Assembly: GCF_006345805.1 (NCBI RefSeq)
Contig: NW_021836962.1
Coordinates: 1 to 22,127 of the forward strand
DNA from: Octopus sinensis
Taxonomy: Eukaryota
Length of the DNA stretch: 22,127 bases
Direction of reading: 5' to 3'
Program-made: the position numbers and the translations under genes
Shown: positions 20,151 to 22,127 of the stretch, piece by piece
Position numbering within the stretch: position 1 is the first letter of the stretch
Layout of the letters: every line of letters begins with the position of its first letter
Notes under the pieces: model-generated
Databases searched by the model: none
Told to the model about the DNA's origin: nothing
The model's input: the letters and a program-made list of their open reading frames with translations, nothing else

Positions 20151-20301
20151 TCGCATTGAGGGGTTTTAGCTGAACCAATCGACCCCAGGACTTATTTTTA
20201 AAACCTAGTACTTATTCTATCGGTTTCTTTTGTCGAAACGCCTAAGTTACAGCAACACTGGTTGTCCAGCGGTGCCGGAGAACACACACACACACACACA
20301 C
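20150..20301 (-). mobile_element. SINE 3' half (family of 7141-7576)
   Basis: AATCGACCCCAGGACTTATT...CCTAGTACTTATTCTATCGGT is shared with 7217-7270; ends in a (CA)n run. Confidence 0.8.
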
Positions 20302-21031
<730 letters not shown>

Positions 21032-21317
21032 TTGTAGATAGATGAAGTTGATCTAACTTGTGCTGTCGAGTGATTTTATTCAGGAATAAAAACGTATGAG
21101 AGTCCTGCACAGGGATATAGTTTAGGTAAATAAACAGTACTTGCACTAAAGCGGTTGACGTAAATATATGCTGACCTCAATCGGCGCGATTACCCTTGCC
21201 GCACGCACAAGCAACCGAATGAGTCACCGCCATAAACTGATTAAAGCGGTTGATGTAAATGTACGCCGAAACATTGTCGTACGTAATTGCTGATCTCAGC
21301 CGAGATGATTACCGTCA

Positions 21318-21794
21318 TCAAGGCGGCGAGCTGGCAGAATCGTTAGCACGCCGGGCGAAAATAAGGCGGCGAGCTGGCAGAATCGTTAGCACGCCGGGCG
21401 AAGTGCTTAGCGGTATTTCGTCTGCCGCTACGTTCTGAGTTCAAATTCCGCCGAGGTCGACTTTGCCTTTCATCGTTTCGGGGTCGATTAGATAAGTACA
21501 GGTTACGCACTGGGGTCGATGTAATCGACTTAATTCGTTTGTCTGTCCTTGTTTGTCCCCTCTATGTTTAGCCCCTTGTGGGTAGTAAAGAAATAGGTAT
21601 TTCATCTGCCGTTACGTTCTGAGTTCAAATTCGGCCGAGGTCGACTTTGCCTTTCATCCGTTCGGGGTCGATAAATTAAGTACCAGTTACGCACTGGGGT
21701 CGATATAATCGACTTAATCCGTTTGTCTGTCATTGTTTGTCCTATCTGTGTTTAGCCCCTTGTGGGCAATAAAGAAATAAAAAAAAAGAAATAT
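21318..21794 (+). mobile_element. Dimeric tRNA-derived SINE with duplicated 5' head
   Basis: Heads at 21320 and 21363; 184-bp units at 21412 and 21596; A-rich tail; perfect 16-bp TSD GAGATGATTACCGTCA at 21302-21317 and 21795-21810. Confidence 0.93.
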
Positions 21795-21819
21795 GAGATG
21801 ATTACCGTCAATGCAACCT

Positions 21820-22098
21820 AGTTAGAATTTTCTTCAGGTTGGGTAACCCATCCCGCTCAACAGGTCCCTGAATAAGGATTGTTTAAGGATGTTGAAAGAA
21901 CCACCCATGTTTCCAGAGGTGAATTATTCAAACCCCAAAGAATCCCTCTCAACACATGGCTATGATGCTCCCCCCACTACTTCTGCTCGTGATCAGAGAT
22001 GCACATATCGTCAGCCACTAAGGGACATGCTCAACTGGTTAAGATCAAACAACTGACAAGCAAATCTGTGGTATTAAGCAGAATATTTGCTGTAGCTC
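21820..22098. repeat. Probable interspersed repeat, unclassified
   Basis: Resembles a common octopus repeat from recollection only; single copy in this window with no diagnostic motif. Confidence 0.3.
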
Positions 22099-22099
22099 A

Positions 22100-22127
22100 T
22101 CTCTTATTATAAAAGGCAGATTTTATC
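22100..22127 (+). mobile_element. Possible Helitron-like 5' end cut by the window edge
   Basis: A|TCTCTTATTATAAAAGGCAGA resembles the start at 18742. Confidence 0.3.

Overview
Eukaryotic, repeat-dense genomic DNA, most likely from an octopus or other coleoid cephalopod (inferred from the SINE families and very high microsatellite density; not database-checked). The only host gene found is a + strand Meteorin/Meteorin-like gene that the ORF track shows only in fragments. Its three exons (6749-7125, 8729-8785, 11422-11717) splice in frame through GT-AG introns into 242 aa ending in a stop; the signal-peptide exon appears to lie upstream of the window. The rest is microsatellites and layered mobile DNA: tRNA-derived SINEs (including dimeric and trimeric copies with intact target-site duplications), a pogo/Tigger element with a nested SINE, piggyBac and R4/Dong-like remnants, MITEs, Helitron-like 5' ends and Penelope-like (PLE) fragments. 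The most striking observation is four type I hammerhead-ribozyme motifs from two PLE-type families. Two of them form the arms of a ~120-bp near-perfect inverted repeat (15153-15806), so a transcript in either direction makes the antisense copy before the ribozyme. All calls come from manual reading; no searches or folding programs were run.
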